Assembly (NCBI RefSeq): GCF_036321535.1
Contig: NC_087436.1
Span: 5,828,001-5,892,000, forward strand
From: Camelus dromedarius
Lineage: Eukaryota
Length of the DNA: 64,000 bases
Direction: 5' to 3'
Part shown: piece by piece, positions 12,496 to 24,643 of the stretch
Layout of the letters: each line of letters begins with the position of its first letter
Numbering within the stretch: position 1 is the stretch's first letter
Notes under the pieces: generated by a model
What the model saw: the letters and a program-made list of their open reading frames with translations, nothing else
Told to the model about the DNA's origin: nothing
The model's database searches: none
Translations under genes and position numbers: made by a program

Positions 12496-13919
12496 CTCTG
12501 TGTCCTCAGCCGAGGTAAGTAAGAGCTGGAAACCTGACAAGGACAATAAAAATAAGTGAGAAAAAAAGATTGTTGCAACTGTCAACTGCAGCACGGAAGT
12601 TTTTTCTTCAGGAAGACAAAAACAGACAATAATCGTAATGTCCTCAATTACATGTAATCTTAGCATTTGTGAAGCAAAACAAAGCATACCACTTATACAA
12701 ATGCATTTTCGTGACTTGTCTTCAAATATGAAAAGTTGCTTTATAACTCCTTCATATTTTAGAGAAGGTCTATGAATTACTTATGGTAATGTGGTTTAAG
12801 AGGTTTGAGTTAAGTAAAAATGAAATATTCAGAAGTTGGCTGCTGTTAAAGTTTTCACTTCAGAGTTTTTTTCTTTAAAAGTCTCTTTTTTTTCTTTTTA
12901 AAATCATTGGTTTACTTTATACCTTCATTAGCCTGAAATATACAGCCCCAAATAGAAAAAATTAAATTTCTTTAGGCCATTCCCAATCCTACTACTGTAT
13001 ACATTATGCAGCCAAAATGTGTACCTGAAAATAAACAGCAAAATGTTGCTCTTAACATTTTCTCCTACTTGGTACAAGAAATAATTCCTCCAATTGCTAC
13101 CAAACATAATGTGCCTTATCAGGGAAATAGACACTCAAATGATATATTTCATAATCCTTTTGAATTTTGTGATCTACAAAATGGATTCACACTTCTCCTT
13201 TGAAGTTTGTCTCTAGTCCCAAGAAAATGTGATGCAAATGGAATGAATTTTAAATGGCAACCTAGTTCTCTTCACAGTGTACAAATGTGCTTCCTGGAAA
13301 AACAAAGGAAAACAAACAAACAAACAGAGCCCCAAGAAACAAAACAGAAGTATCTTCACAGCAAAATACAGAAATTGTTCAAGAGTGGAAAATAAGTTAA
13401 AAATTTTTTTGTGAAAATTTTGCAAAATTAGGAGACAGGTGGGATATACTAGAGAAACACAGACGCAGGAAATTTCAAGTCTTGTTGTCACTTGGGAACC
13501 AAGAGGAGCTGTGTCTAAACGCCCCTCTCCTCCCTCCTCCAACACACTGAACCTGGCTCTGTCAGCTGAGTCTGCTGGCATCTCGGTGGGATCTCCACAA
13601 CTCTGCGGGACCAATTTTCAAAGCAGTAAAATAATAACTGTCATTCAAATATAAAATGACAATCTGTCAAAGGTTTTATTTTACTCACTAATTAATGGGC
13701 AATTTAGTCAACAGCTAAAACCAGTTTATAGGAGAATGTGAGCTATAAAAGATCATGTTCTCCACCAGACGTGTTCTGTGTGCATTGCCAAGAACAGGAC
13801 TCGTCTACTGTGCTGTGGACAGGGAACATTTGCATTGGAATCAGTTTTCTACAACTTGAATTCTGTCTCTTCAAAGTCATTAAATAGTCTGGTCATAAGA
13901 CATTCAAAAGAGTGCAATC

Positions 13920-14097
13920 CCACTATATATAAAATAGATAAACAACAAGGTTCTACTGTTTAGCACATATCTTGTAATGACCTATAATGAAAAAGAATAT
14001 GAAAAGGAATATATATGTGTGTGTAACTGAATCACTCTGCTGTACACCAGAAACTAACACAATATTGTAAATCAGCTCTACTTTAATTTTTAAAAAA
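13920..14097 (+). mobile_element. short L1 3' end
   Basis: aaaatagataaacaacaagg...ctgtacaccagaaactaacaca. Confidence 0.85.
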
Positions 14098-14534
14098 GTG
14101 TGTAGCACCAGAGAATCAGCCAATTCCTGGTGGGTCCACGAGGCACTGAAAACAACATTCCCTTGAAAGGACACACTGTTTTTTTAAATTCATTTCCAAA
14201 TCTTGCTTGATTTTTCCCAAAAAGGTATTACGATGAGGTCAAATCCACCAAACAAAGGCTCAGTTGCTAAGCCAAACTAACATTCTTTAGAATAAAAATT
14301 AGTTTCCCCTTATTCTAGTATCATTAAAATATTTCAAAGGATTCTGTATCTTTATAATTCCAAAAAAACACTGATTCATTCCCCATAGCTTTTATCAGTG
14401 TTGATCTTGAAAGAGTAAGAAGTCTTCAGTTCTCTGTACTCATTTTAGATAGTGTTTGCTGGCAGCAGCCAGAAGGAAAGGTGTGTCCCACATCAGAGCA
14501 TGGCTGGGGTTCTGTAGCTCAGATTTCAGTTACC

Positions 14535-15292
14535 TAATCAACATCCCTAATTATCAGAGAAATGCCAACCACAACCATGATGAGGTACCACCTCACACCA
14601 GTCAGAAAGGCTATCATTAAAAAGTAGACAAATAAATGCTGGAGAGGGTGTGCAGAAAAGGGAACCCTCCTACATTGCTGGTGGGAGTGTAGACTGGTGC
14701 AGCCACGATGGAGGACAGTATGGAGGCTCCTTAAAATATTAAAAATAGTTACCCTATGATCCAGCAATCCCACTCCTGGACATATAAATGGAGAAAACTA
14801 ATTCACAAGCACTCCAATGTTCATAGCAGCACTATTTACAATAGTCAAAACATGGAAGCAATGTAGATGCCAATCAACAGATGACTGGATAAAGAAAATG
14901 TGTGTGTATATATGTATATGTAATGGAATATTACTCAGCCATAAAAAAGAATGAAATCATGCCATTTGCAGCAACATGGATGGACCTAGAGATTATCATA
15001 CTGAGTGAGGTAAGTCAGACGAAGATAAATATCATATGATATCACTTATATGTGGAATCTAAAAAAATACAAATTTTATTTACAAACTGAAAATAGACTC
15101 AAGGATATAGAAAAAAAACTGTGGTTACCAAAAGGGAAAAGATCGGGGAGGATAAATTAAGAGTTTAGGATTAACAGATACATATCACTTTTTATAGAAA
15201 ATGGATAAACAACAAGGACCCACTGTATAGCCCAAGGAATTATATTCAATTTCTTGTTTTAACCTACAATGAAAAAGAATATGAAAAAAAGA

Positions 15293-15323
<31 letters not shown>

Positions 15324-15412
15324 TATATATAAATGAATCACTATGCTGTACACCAGAAACTAACACAATATTGTAAATCAACTATACTTCAATTAAAAAA
15401 ATAAAAATAAAT
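14535..15412 (+). mobile_element. 5'-truncated L1 with (TA)n in the 3'UTR
   Basis: caccagtcagaaaggctatc...ggaaccctcctacattgctggtggg...; A-rich tail. Confidence 0.92.
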
Positions 15413-15559
15413 ATCCGTTCTCTTTTTCAGTAAGTGAATTTCTATATTGCTCCAGGTGAGAATTTGCTGAGTTAATAAACTACCTTTTTTTATTCAGCTG
15501 CTTTGCAGATCAGAGAAGCCAAAGCAATGGAAATAAAGACAATTGTCTATGACCTCCAG

Positions 15560-15812
15560 AAAATTTAATAAACATTGGGCGAATATGCTGGAAACCATTT
15601 CCACCAGTAAATACTCTGTCTTCTTCCTGGTCAGTGTGTGGATCAGAAAAGGTGACAAAGTTTGTGACATTAGTAAAATGATGAAGCAGCCATCCCATCT
15701 TTAGACTGACTACCTCTGAATTTCATGAGAGAAGAGTAAATCTTTGCATTATTGTATTTATTATTTAAGACAGTGTTATTTTGGCCCTGTGTTGGTATCA
15801 ACTAAATGTAAT
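15560..15812 (+). mobile_element. old MaLR LTR fragment (MLT1-like)
   Basis: gactgactacctctgaatttcatgagagaa...tttaagacagtgttattttgg resembles an MLT1 3' part. Confidence 0.45.
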
Positions 15813-18529
15813 TACTGTGGTCCAAGCCCACATTCCTTTAAGGTTCTCTAAGTGTTCCTCACGGAGACATTCACCATCGCACATCAACCACTTTTTAGAA
15901 TAGAAATTCTGCCGTATTCGAATGTGAAAATTATTGGATGTAGAAACTAAACAGATGGGTAGGGTAAGTGACAGATACTTGGAACTTTTCCTGAATATGA
16001 CTTGGCTATGTTACATTTGTAAATAAGTTTTCTCACTTCCACAGACAAGGTGACCAGCTTTCCTATTGTTGTAGATTCTTTTTGTAGAAAATTGGAATTT
16101 AGATGATCTGAGCCCTAAGGATGCGTACTACGATTGACTGGCTCTTGTTTCTAGAACTTTTCAATAGACAGAGTTAAAGCATAGTGGTGTTTCCTTTTTT
16201 CAGGATAAAACCATGAGTTCCAGTGCAGCCTTGGACCTGTTCTTCCCACTCAAATCCAGCCCAACAAATTTATAAATAACCTCAGCTCTCCTACATCTGC
16301 TCTTTTTCTCCACCACAAAAATCCCCGTTGCCTGAGATACCAACATTACCATCAATAAATGATCATAGAAACCAATAGAAAATTCTTTCTTTAGTCTTTA
16401 ATACCTTACAGATGTACAAATTACTACTTTTTACATTCTTTTGTTTTCATTCTAGTTTAAACTTACAGTGGCAGAAATTGTTAACCCCTTCAATGGATAA
16501 GTCTAGCCTTTCTCTTAACTAACAGAACCTGTTTTGTTCAGTGTCCGCAAGCTTTGTTTCTAATTGAGTATAATGGAGTCCCAGATAACACTGCGTTTCT
16601 GTTAGTAAGAAAGAATATGAGAATGGATAGCAAGTAGTCAGTAAGTAGATTCAGCAACACTTTCTATGAACCTTGCTTACTTCCCCAGTGTAGACATTAA
16701 TGACCATCCTCCTGGCTTCCCATTGTAACTAGTAATTGACTTTATTCTTCTCATTTTGCATTTATAAATAGATTGTGTTACATCACAAACCACATCTCAT
16801 CGACCCCTTCCCCCTCCAGCACACTCACACACACCTGCCGACAAAATCTGCTTTTAATCCTTATTAAATTGAAATATCCCAGAACATTACTGTCACATTA
16901 TAATTTTGTCTATAGTAGAAACAGAAACAAATGACTAGACATATTTCTGAAAGTTTCTTTCATTTGACATTCTCTTAGAGAGAAATAATTTCCCTTTTAT
17001 TCATAGCATCTAAACCGCACTTTCTTTTACATGGCTATTAATGATTACCGAAAAACATTTAACCAGAGAAGTTACGACACCTCAAATACTTAGCTAGACA
17101 TCATGAGAAGTGGATGTAACGTAATTCTTTTCTCAAAGGCTTGCAATAAATGTTGGAAATGGACAAGATTTGGAGCTTACTCTATAACCTCATTAATGGT
17201 CTTAATAACAATTATGCATTTAAATTTAAAAGAAAAACATTCTTAGATTATAGGAGCTCATAGAGGATAGCATTTTAGAGTGATAGCTTTGAAGCTAGAC
17301 CCTCTGGTTTTAAAAAGGATCCATCAATTTCTAGATGCATTATTTTGGATGACTTATAACTATGGAATATAAATAATATATATAATATTTTAACTAAATA
17401 ACTATATATATATTTTAACTAAATAACTCCATGTGTCCATAGAACTATGTTTTGCATCTGTATATAAATATGTAATATCATTCTCATATTACATATGTCA
17501 TTTTCTTAAATAGTTAATAAATCTTCATAATTTTTGTTAACATTGGTTGAATATTTCTCATATTTCAGAAACCCTTTCTAGTGATCTCATTGGAAAGGGC
17601 ATTTGGTACATTAGAAATAGTCAATCAATATTAGAAAAATTATAATGTTTCATTAACTTTGAGAAAATTATATATGGGACCTGAAAGGGAATTCTTTCAT
17701 GATTATAAAACTAATGAAATAAAATGGAAACTTCCTTCTCCATACTAGATTAGATTTTTAAATGTGTGATCAGATTTATTCAATAACACTAATTACTAAT
17801 AATAAACTTTAAGGTACAGGAATTATGTATTGTTGAGAGAGCATAGATTTTTTAGGCAGGTATCTAATTAACATAAGATATTTTGCACAAATTAAATCTA
17901 TAGCTGACGTTTCAAAGAACTAGTTTTTTGCATAAGCACAATAAACTTGTAGTAATAAATTCTGTCACATTTAAGTAATATATTATCTATTAGAGGCTGC
18001 GACAATGTCTTATGGTTATATTAGAGAATAATAATATCAAAAACCATTCTAATAGCCCTTTTATCTAAGCCCTCTTGTGCTGTACCAGGCATGGTAGATT
18101 TCACTTCTATGCTGATATCTTAGAAATCACCAGTAGAGATTACTATCAATTTTATATGTATTGTGGGAGACTTAATGTACACTCTTTATTACAGGTGCTT
18201 GTTTCTCCCCAACCACCAGCCAACACCAATCACAGCATTCATGGTTGTTTTAAAACAGCATTAGAATCCTATTTCACAAACTTCGTTGAAGGCACTCAGT
18301 TAAGGAAAAGAAGCTTGACCAACCACAGAAATGAGTACTACTGTTCTTGAAATTTAAATTGGAGTTAGGAAAAGCTGAGCTAATTAACCAAATCAGAAGT
18401 TTAAATAATCTCTGGATGAAATGTTGATGAATAACTGTAGTAATCTAATGCAAGATATTCATGGAGAAGACATGGCTCTATTTGCTGCATTCTTACTATG
18501 TACCTGTCGTGTGTTCTGTTAATTGACTT

Positions 18530-18900
18530 ACTCAACACTCAGTCTGAATATCACCACTCATTTCTCTTCCTCTCCCACAGAAGCTATGAAACTCAAATAT
18601 TTATTCCCCAGCCTCTCCGCAGCTAGGCTACACACTTAAATTCTGTTCTTGCTAATGAGATATAAACTTTATTCATCTCTAGAGCGTTTCCTTTTGCTGC
18701 CTGGCTTTCTCTGTTCTTCCTAGGTATAAAGTCACATATGCAGGCATGCACACTGACGTGCAGTGTTCATCCTGGGATAACAATGACAGAAGTCACATGC
18801 AAAGAATAGTTGAGCAAAAATTTAGAAGGAGACTTGTTCTTTGATAGCATCATTAGCCACCTTGGTCCCTACTGAGCAAAAATAAATCAGTCAGGCTCTC
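18530..18900 (+). mobile_element. old MaLR/ERVL LTR fragment
   Basis: ttccccagcctctccgcagctagg...ctaatgagatata...gagcaaaaatttagaaggagac...ttgatagcatc. Confidence 0.5.
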
Positions 18901-18999
18901 TGTTACCTCCAATTTTAATTTATATGGATCCAAGTGCTTTGCTTTGTGTGGATTCGATCAACTCACTGAATTATCTCAACCACCATCACTCGTTAGGAA

Positions 19000-19140
19000 T
19001 GGTTTCTCCACATCACTGACAAAGAAACTTCTGCACGGAATGGTTAAATCACTGTGTTACAGGTAAACTTCTAGTACTTAGAAGGCCAAGGATTGGAAGC
19101 CATGTGGTCTGACTCTAGAGCCTTCAATCTGACCATTATA
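19000..19140 (-). mobile_element. MIR SINE
   Basis: ...ggattggaagccatgtggtctgactctagagcc matches the antisense MIR 5' end. Confidence 0.6.
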
Positions 19141-19779
19141 TTGTGCTTCCATTTACCATGAAAATTCAGGAGGAAAAGGGAAATAAGGAGATATCTAAGA
19201 TCTTCTGTGAGAGCAAATGGGGTGGATTTAATTCCTAGTTTCATGATACCCCTTTGGAGTTTGCTTGTTTTGAGTGTATGAAAGCTGTGAGATAAATATC
19301 CTAATTCACAAAATACATTTTCTTCATCTGTAAAATATAGGTATGAATGGATATCAATCATTGGTGTAAATCAGATACCATATGTATGATGGTCAATATA
19401 GCATGTGTTCAGAAGCGTAGTCCCAATGGAATTTCATTCAATTCTCAATGGAACTTAAAACCTTATGAAAGACCTAAAAGTAGATCATTTTTAATCTATT
19501 AAATCTTTGCTAGTCTCACAGTTGTAAGGATCAAAAATTGTGACATCTCTATTAGATTCTCTCTAGCCATACGAAGATACTTTGAATCCTTGGTTTAGCT
19601 TTCAAATTGGACTTTAAATGAAAAGATCTATCTCGTTAGTCTTGAATTATTGTTTTTCTACCTAAGATCCCAATGACTATCATCCTAATGAAAGGACTCT
19701 GATTTTTTAATTTATCCCCGTGCCAGTTCAGAGCACGGTGAAATGACTTCAACTGTGTTAGGGTAGACAGAGATGCAAT

Positions 19780-20210
19780 TATTGAATAAAAAAAATTACA
19801 CAGCCTAAAAGTTGAGAGTTATGTTTTATTCAGTGGACTTACTGAGGATGCAGCCTTTCAGATTACTCTGCAGGACTGCTCTGAAGAGACAAGGGAGGAG
19901 CCAGTATACACTGGAGTTTTTGCAACAAAGACCGGGTAGTCCGAACTTTGAAAGATTATTGCTAATTAAAGAAAACCAGATATCTCAAGTTAAGGAATTG
20001 AGCACTTTCCTATGTATGGGAAGGTGCAAAAGTCTGGGCTCATTGAAGTCATTCCTTTGATGTGAACCTAGCTATCTAGGGGCAGTATTCTGTTCTTTCT
20101 CATCCTGAGTTCCTTCCTGCTCACTATTGGGGGTGGCGGTTGTGGCTGATGACTTGATGGCTGCAGCATCCTTTGTGTACTGATATGGCTGGCGATATTT
20201 TCCGTTCACA
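19780..20210 (-). mobile_element. ERV1 solo LTR (family A, copy 2)
   Basis: reverse complement aligns with 3947-4443 (cctaaaagt..agagttatgttttattc; aaagaaaaccag..atctcaagtt); flanks caat/tgat. Confidence 0.85.
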
Positions 20211-21303
20211 TGATGTAACATAAGTAACAGAAATATTTTAGAGCTATTGACCATCTCCAATGTGACACTGAGGAACTATTTGCTTACTTGGTGTGGGTTG
20301 GTTGAGAGCGATGAACAATCGGTGGTGCGTATGCTTCTTTGTCTCTTTGAGGGCTAGTCTGCCATTTTGAAATCTCTTCAGCATGTCATAGAGTTTGACC
20401 AATTTTCCAATTTTTGACCCTCCTGTAAATTTATACAATTAAGTCTTAGAGTCAGGTCCTTGGACAAAATCTAATGAAATTTATAGTTTCTGCCTTGAAT
20501 TTCCCATTACAGAATATTCACTGTGGACTAAAGATGCTCATTCTACAAAGAAATCTTCAACAGACAATGAGTCTCATGTTGACTTTCTGGGCTAATATAG
20601 AACTATAGCAAGTCAACTATAATCTTAAATAAAAGGCCTATGTGTAAGTTATGATTCCTTGATTTAGGTGCTTCATAATTGTTTGTATGTGATGATTTTA
20701 AGAGCAAAATGTAATATAATATACTAAACAAATCATCCTCCAATTAAAGTAAAATTCTCAATAAAGTAATTCAGTAATATGGTAAGGCCCCTGATGGCTA
20801 ATATAATTCTCAGTAATATGTTCACCATGTAATAGCAAAGCCATAGAAGTAGTAGTCACTTGTAAATTTTATTTTCCAAGCGAATCAGCCATAAAGGCTA
20901 GCATTTAACAAACAGATGTTCAAAGCTCTGATATTTGTTATGTTAATAACCCCAGTGGCTGTGCTTGATTTGCAAACGTAATTCTTCTCACACCTGGTTG
21001 CCTGTGGCATTATTCCCTAGAGGAATATCTTACAAACATTTTTACCTGGAAAGAAATTAAGGTAGCGTATCCCTTCTAGAATCTCAATTACTTATGATCC
21101 TGTTATTAAAAACTCCAAGATTATTGAATTTAGAGTCAATAATCAAATGCTACAAAACTTACAGGCAGTCAGTATCTGCAATGTATTATTTTTAGGAGTC
21201 CTCTATATTAAAAAAAAGTATTGCATATGTAACAAACATCAGTAGGTTAGAAGTTTTAGCTCTGTGGTGCTTTCCTCCTAGGACATCTTAAGTGGAGACA
21301 GAC

Positions 21304-21716
21304 CGTTAGAGGAAACCAAAGCCTAAAATTGAAGTGGTAAAACCAGATTTTGTACAGGAACTGCTTTAATAGGAGAAAAGACACCTGCATATAAGAAGCA
21401 GGCTCGTTTCTGAAAACAGTGTGGGCAAGTGGGGGCTTACAGCGGGGGAGACGGTGGGGGGTCAGTGGATGGAAAACCACTAGGAGGAAACAGCAGGGGC
21501 CAGGGGGCTTCTGGCTAAACTGACTTGATAGGATTCTGGTTGGAAGCAACCAGTATGATCAGGTATCACGGGTGGGGATTCTCACTAAAATGACAGGATT
21601 TTTGCTAAAATTGGGTGATGCGAAGGCAAATATAGACGTCCAGAAGTCAAGACCTCATTCAGAATAGGATTCAGAGGATCCTGACTAAAGTTTGGTCAAG
21701 TGGAAAGTCTTCGTCA
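21304..21716 (-). mobile_element. ERV1 solo LTR (MER31-like)
   Basis: gggggtcagtggatggaaa...ggattcagagga..ctgactaaagtttggtcaag...gtca; TSD agac/aaac. Confidence 0.75.
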
Positions 21717-21894
21717 AAACCCATTCTACCTATAAAACAGATTTCACAAATGCAGCTCTATGAACCAGGGCGTAGGGAGAGGTCATTCACCATGCGTTTC
21801 ACCTCCTTTTCCTCTGTGGTCACCTCATTGCCACCTGTAGAAATTCCAGAGGTCCATCCGTGTGAGAGGTTCTGACAATTAGTGATCATGATGA

Positions 21895-22080
21895 TTCTGG
21901 AGTGAGACTGACTTTTGAATTCTTTCTTCTGCTCTTTCTGGGTATTGACAAAATTATTTAGCCTCCAGAAGCCTTAATTTCCTCATCTAAAATGTAAGTC
22001 ATATTTAAGTGTAAGTAATGCAACTTACTGCATAGGACTTGCAGGATAATTAAATCAGATAATTCATCAATATGATCATT
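21895..22080 (+). mobile_element. MIR SINE
   Basis: ctggagtgagactgac...tttcctcatctaaaatg...aggataattaaatcagataat. Confidence 0.6.
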
Positions 22081-22364
22081 CAAATTAGTGGATTTTCTAT
22101 CAACACAATGATATTAAGTAATAGGGACAAATCATTACTGTAAGTATAAGCAAGCAACTTACTGTATAAAATGCTTATTCCAAATGGTTTTTCCCTATAA
22201 GTCTGAATATATGGTTTAAAAAATTGAGGAATGAGGTGGAAGAAGGAATAGCGTTAGTGTTCGATAGTCAATTAATAAAATATAAGGGATGAAGAAAAAG
22301 ATAAAGCGAAGACATTGCCAGTGGACCAGAACCTGGTACCCACAGTGAGATTTCCTTATGTTTA

Positions 22365-22523
22365 ATTAATTAATTAATTAAAATTTATTTGTTTATTATT
22401 GCTTTATTTGGGAGGGGTAATTGTGTTTTTATTTACTTATCTTTAATGGAGGTACTGGGGATTGAACCCAGAACCTTATGCTTGCGAGGCACACATTCTA
22501 GCAGTGAGCTGTACCCTCCTCAC
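22365..22523 (-). mobile_element. tRNA-derived SINE, camelid Vic-1 type
   Basis: ggaggtactggggattgaacccag (antisense B box), gagctgtaccctcc; 12-bp TSD tccttatgttta at 22353-64 and 22524-35. Confidence 0.9.
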
Positions 22524-24267
22524 TCCTTATGTTTATTTTAAACAGTTTCCCTGATAGTAATCTGAAATGGAGTATACTTTCAAGGAGTTTGGAGTCAAAT
22601 TGGGAAAAAGATTTGAAAAGATACAATATCAATACAATGTACTAAATACGATGATAAAAATTAATGCACACGGTTAGAACAGCATGGCTTTCTGGGGTTG
22701 ACTTATGAAAAAGGTAATCAAATAGTTTGTTGAAATATTGAATGAGATGGGATATTACCTCAGCCAAATTTTAAAGCATGGGTATGCCAACTGGGGTTAT
22801 TATTCAAAGAATGTAATTCTGTCTAAATTGTTCAAAGAGAAAGGGGTTTGTAATGGACCATTAAATGACATTTAATCATTGGGAGTACTGGTAAAACAGA
22901 CTCTAGTCTAAGCTTCCAGAAAAATTTCCCGAAACCATTTTACAGGTTGGGGTTGTTAATTGAGGGGCTTCACCTGCTGTAATCAGGAAGCCATCTGCTG
23001 ATCTGAGAAATTATAGCAAGTATTCACTCTAAGTGGATACTATTCTGCTATAATTGGGAAGCCGCCTAAGTCAGGAAGCTGAATCCGCCTTTGTATTATA
23101 ATAAAATCAATGTCTGGAATTCTGCCACCCTCTCTCCCTAGTTATTAAGTTCTGATCTCAAGGCTTACAAGATTAATAGGCTGATATGAGACGCAATAGA
23201 GTTAGAAAAGTGTCATTTTAACTTTCTAGCTTCCACCATGCAAGAAGGTATACTAGAGAGAAAGATTGAAATAAATGTTAAGTGATCACATCCACAGTGT
23301 GAATTATCCATAGGAATTAGGGGGGAGGAATGATCAGACTAACAGAATAGCAAGCAGAGGTGCTGGATGTGAAATCACATGAAGCATGTAAAAATATAAA
23401 CAGTGAAAAGACAGCGTTAAGTACAACAGAGAAACTGACTAGAAATGGAACAGGTGGACAGAGGCTACAATGTAGAGGGGTTTTTATGACAAAACCCAAA
23501 TATTTTGTTCCATGGGTGATGAGAATTTTCTCTTTTAGAATAGATGGTACATGAAAGACTCTGTACCTCTGAATATATTCTTCATGATTGGAAAAATAAT
23601 TTCCCCCTCATTTAATCCACTTTCCACACACTCTTTTCTTAAACATATTTTCTACTTTCCTATAAATGATGCAATAGAGTGTAAGTTATTAAATCATAAA
23701 TTGTGATTCTGTTTTGAAGAAAAAGCCAACTTTTGGGTTATTTCTACCTTTATGGATTCCTGCTTTCATTTAATATTTAACCTCTGAGGATTATGAATTT
23801 CTTTCCAGGTATATTAAAGCATGAGATATATACTTCCCTCAATACTTTTAAGCAGACATTATCAGTAGAATTTTCAAATATAAAGTATATTGTGAAATAT
23901 GAGGAAATTGAAAATACAATTAAGGAGAAAAGAGCCCATAAAAATGAACCAAGAGGTTTGAAAAGGAACCAAATTGAATCTTTAGAATGACAAATATATT
24001 AAGATAAAACATTTGCCTTCCAGACAGGATGTAGCAGGTAACAGCAGATACTGCTCTCAGTGCCATAACTAGAAAACATAGATACATTACAAAAGTGATA
24101 TTTTGAAGGCATCAGAAGTCTGGAGAAGCCACAAAGTAAAATTGTAGGGAGGTAAGAGACCTTCTGAGACAAGTGGATGCTGGCTGGCTCTTTTCTTCCA
24201 TGAGGGCATTTACTCATGCTGCATTCAAGTTAAAGATCAAGCTTGGTAGTAATTAAGATGGTCTCCA

Positions 24268-24369
24268 GAAGTCAAGGTGGAGCTCAGTGGTGTCGCATGT
24301 GCTTAGCACACATGAGGTCCCAGGTTCAATCCCTGGTATCTCCATTAAATTAAAAAAAAAAAAAAAAAA
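24268..24369 (+). mobile_element. tRNA-derived SINE, camelid Vic-1 type
   Basis: agctcagtgg (A box), ggttcaatccc (B box), poly(A) tail. Confidence 0.88.
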
Positions 24370-24643
24370 GAAACAAAAAACAAGCAACACAATCAAAAAT
24401 GGGCAGAAGACCTAAATAAACATCTCTCCAAAGAAAACCTGGATGTCTTCTTTGGAGAGACCAACAGGCACATGAAAATATGCTCAATATTGCTAATTAT
24501 CAGAGAAATGCAAATCAAACCTACAATGAGGCATCACCTCACACCAGTCAGAATGGCCGTCATTCAAAAGTCCACAAATGACAAACAAACACTGGAGAGG
24601 CTGTGTAGAAAAGGGAACCCTCCTACACTGCTGGTGAGAATGT
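24370..24643 (+). mobile_element. internal fragment of a young L1 (ORF2 C-terminal region)
   Basis: aaaatgggcagaagacc...; ORF 24472-24699 begins [29 protein letters not shown], typical of L1 ORF2p. Confidence 0.9.

Noticed and set aside
17385..17428. 19-bp tandem duplication atattttaactaaataact
   Set aside because: Ordinary slippage in AT-rich sequence next to a TA run.
24268..24345. tRNA gene (A and B boxes present)
   Set aside because: It has a poly(A) tail and homology to the other two SINE copies; no intact cloverleaf is evident.
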